Assembly (NCBI RefSeq): GCF_018977255.1
Contig: NW_024704742.1
Span: 50,966,001 to 51,030,000 of the forward strand
Direction: 5' to 3'
Source of the DNA: Callorhinchus milii
Lineage: Eukaryota
DNA length: 64,000 bases
Below the pieces are notes generated by a model that saw nothing but the letters and a program-made list of their open reading frames with translations, was not told the DNA's origin and did no database searches. Of this stretch, positions 61,111-64,000 are shown piece after piece. The translations under genes were made by a program, and so were the position numbers. Each line of letters starts with the position of its first letter. Positions within the stretch are counted from its first letter, which is position 1.

Positions 61111-63447
61111 ATTTACACCAGGTATAGGATTTAACAAAATTCAATTGAATTACGCTTGTAAGAACGTTAATTTACCTTGTCCCAACAGCTCATCTCCTAA
61201 GAAACTGAGCCTTATCGACCCAGAGAGTCTCAGTTTGTATTTCTAGCCTTGCCATTACCCTACCTGAAGTGATTTTTATGAATACAAGTTGTTGTAGAAT
61301 GGTCCTTAGCATCTCGGACTTTGAAAGAAATGGCTTCAACTGACTTTTACTGTTCAGGCTGGCATAATAACGGTCACCTATGTAAAATATTGTGGAGAGG
61401 TTCTGGAGCCTGTAGAACCGTACTCCCAAATTGACACCTTTAGGAGTGGAGGGAGAATACCAGAAAGGCTCTAATTTAAAATTATTGCAAAATATGTTTA
61501 CGTAAGAAAGCCCTTTGACCCATTTATCTAATCGTTCCAGTTTACCACTCCGATAAGGGTTGGCAGGGCAGACTAATCTGGGGACTGTTGAACACACAAA
61601 AATGTGGTGACCCTTCCCGAGACCTCAGCCATTCTTTCCGTTTGAGTCTTTAAAGGAGAGTAATTGTTTTATTTCATCTCGCATGATAAAAACTGTTAAA
61701 TACACTCCATGCCCTTAACATGGAAGGTTTATTTCGCCTATAGATGTTTAAAGATTTATGTTGTTGTCACCAACTGCAGCCTTCATCTTGATATACAGTT
61801 GCTTGAGGTTCAATTGTCTCAAGAAAATGACCCAGTGGTTTCATGGAATAAGTCAGCAAATATGATAGTGTTAGATGTTTCCATGACTACCCTTTGGCAA
61901 GGTCGTGATTTCTATAAATCACAGTTCCAATTTGATGAAGCCATGGCTGAGCTAAGTAATTATCGTTGATTTGATGTTCTTTGATATATGGTGATGGTTT
62001 GTGGTGGCTTGTTTACTGCAGCTGAGTTTTTGTTGCTGGGCTCTTTTGCTTTGGCGTTTAGCTATGGAGCTTACAGTGGCTGAGGGCTCTTAAGTAAACT
62101 AAATGTTGCCATTACAGTAATCCTTCATTATAATGTGGGCCATTAGCTTTTAATATAGCCTCATAAAACACCCACTGATTCCAAAGGTAAACCTTCTCAC
62201 CATTCACAATAACAAAAGCATCATAATTTAGTTGTTAAAATCCATAAAGGACTTCAAACCTTTCACTTCCCAAGAAAACATGTTCCTCTTTCATCTGGCT
62301 CAATCTTTAATTGAATTCCTCTTTGCTGTTTTTNCATTCACAAATGAAACTGCTCAATTTTTTTTTTGATTTGGCACAATTATTTTTGGGTTTATATTGT
62401 GATTTTTTTTGAAAAGTGTGCATCTACGATTTTTTCTGACCGTTCCCTTGTACTTTAATATTCTATTGTAGTTGTCCTTGTACTTCCTACATTCACTGTC
62501 CGATTGGCACTTTCATGATATTTCATGACCCATCTTCCAATAAAAACGCACATCTTTGAAAATTATTCATGATTATCTTATAATCGTCGCTTTCAACAAT
62601 GTTTTTATATATATACATATACTATATTGATAATTTAGCAGACTTTGTGGAATCTTATATCCTTAAATATTTAATATAGATTTTGATCAGTCTCCTTGCT
62701 GTGAGACATTCTTGTAGCGAAGTGTGGAAAATGGTCAGATAAAATTTCAAGTTGTAAACTAATAGTACATTATAAATTATTTCAAATTTTTTTTGAGAAG
62801 TATCAGTTAAGTGTAGACTTTTTTAGCTGTAGAAGGAAGTAGAGATGCAAAATTTGATCTCCATGAAGGCAAAGTAACTGCTTTTTGAAAGGAACGATGG
62901 GGAATACTTTGAACATTTGGAATCTCCACCCCCCCAGCTTTCCTTTTTTAAATATTAATTACATCAAGATTTGAATTATTTACCAGTATGTACAGTCCAT
63001 CTGGGTGTTCAGATTGTGTTCCATTAAAAAGTAAAATGTAAGTGGAATTATATTAAACCTATTGAATCAGGCTACCCTAAATAATTGGTAAATTTGACCA
63101 AGAAGGGTTGGCTGAATTCTCAAGGAATGAAAATCCTAGTATTGATTAAAATGTACTGATCCCATAAACCTGTTTTCACATTAACTCAGCAATAATAGCA
63201 AACACAGATTTCAGTATTCTTTTCACCTCACATTCATATTTGCATATCGGTCTTTTTTTTCCTTGACGAAATTTTGTGTGTGTTTACTTTGGTACATACA
63301 CGCTTGAAGTTGTAATGAGAGCTTAATGTGATTTGTAATTGTTTCAGCACTTGGGGTTCTACACAGTTCCTTTTGCATGGCCCATCTATCTTTTCCTTAA
63401 TTCACAAAAATTAAACGGTTTATAAAAATATGTTGTTTTGTCTACAG

Positions 63448-63525
63448 CTCAGAAAAAGCAACCATATTCTTGCAACACATTTCAGAATACCAAACTCTAT
63501 ATTCATAACCGAGCTGCCCAAAGAG
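63448..63525 (+). CDS. SLAIN2: Candidate SLAIN2 78-nt cassette exon
   Basis: tgttgttttgtctacag| acceptor, gag|GTAATC donor, phase 1/1, open (TQKKQPYSCNTFQNTKLYIHNRAAQR). Position and 26-aa length match my recollection of the mammalian long-isoform insert. Confidence 0.7.
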
Positions 63526-63759
63526 GTAATCTACAATTGATTGCACTCCTAAATATGGATACGAGTGAAATCCAATAAGCTGTCTTCAAGATGACTGGTA
63601 TTTTTATTTTGGAAATCATTCCTAGAAATGACAGTCCTTTATGCATCAAGCATATACTAGTCAGTAAGGTGGTAGTACATAATTTGTTCGTATGTATTAA
63701 TCTCTCATCAGTAAAAATCCAGTAGATCTACAATAATCCTATTTCATATAGTCTAATGT

Positions 63760-63963
63760 TGAATTTCCCAAAGACAGTATAGTTGTACACAAACTCGGCA
63801 GCCAATTTGAGCAAAGCAATATGCCACAATAGTGCTGGAGTGAATAATCTCCATTATTACATTGGAGTTTCATCTTAGACATCATGAGTTTGTCCCGACG
63901 GATGATTAAACCCATAAGCTTCTGACTTAAAGCCGAGAGTGCTCCTAACTGAGCCAAGCTGAC
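63760..63963 (-). mobile_element. Old Deu-domain-like SINE remnant
   Basis: Reverse-complement head CAGCTTGGCTCAGTTAGGAGCACTCTCGGCTTTAAGTCAGAAG. Confidence 0.6.
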
Positions 63964-64000
63964 ACAGTTTCTAAGTAATAGTTCAATTAACCAAAGTCAA

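Overview
Eukaryotic vertebrate DNA, most likely a cartilaginous fish (chimaera/shark-like; inferred from repeat content only). Two spliced genes lie head-to-head, the arrangement known in human. On the minus strand is the 5' half of the tyrosine kinase TEC: six coding exons from 28204 down to 6431, covering the PH domain, Btk zinc motif, proline-rich region and most of SH3. The rest runs off the left edge, and a candidate non-coding first exon/promoter lies at about 31.6-31.9 kb. On the plus strand is SLAIN2: a CpG-island promoter at about 45.6-46.8 kb and six constitutive coding exons from 46354 to 57926, with the final exons off the right edge. Nearly all other ORFs in the track are fragments of L2-clade LINEs or SINEs. 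Best leads: (1) two frame-preserving candidate SLAIN2 cassette exons absent from the ORF track (39 nt and 78 nt); (2) an unclassified ~500-bp interspersed repeat in about 9 copies with a shared terminus and a residual common reading frame; (3) a tRNA-Ala SINE and L2 LINE pair sharing a 3' stem-loop with a compensatory base-pair change; (4) two perfect hairpins in SLAIN2 intron 1; (5) an extended acidic TEC linker. I cannot demonstrate a wholly new biological system from the sequence alone. Homology calls rely on remembered protein and repeat sequences, not database searches, and repeat boundaries are approximate.
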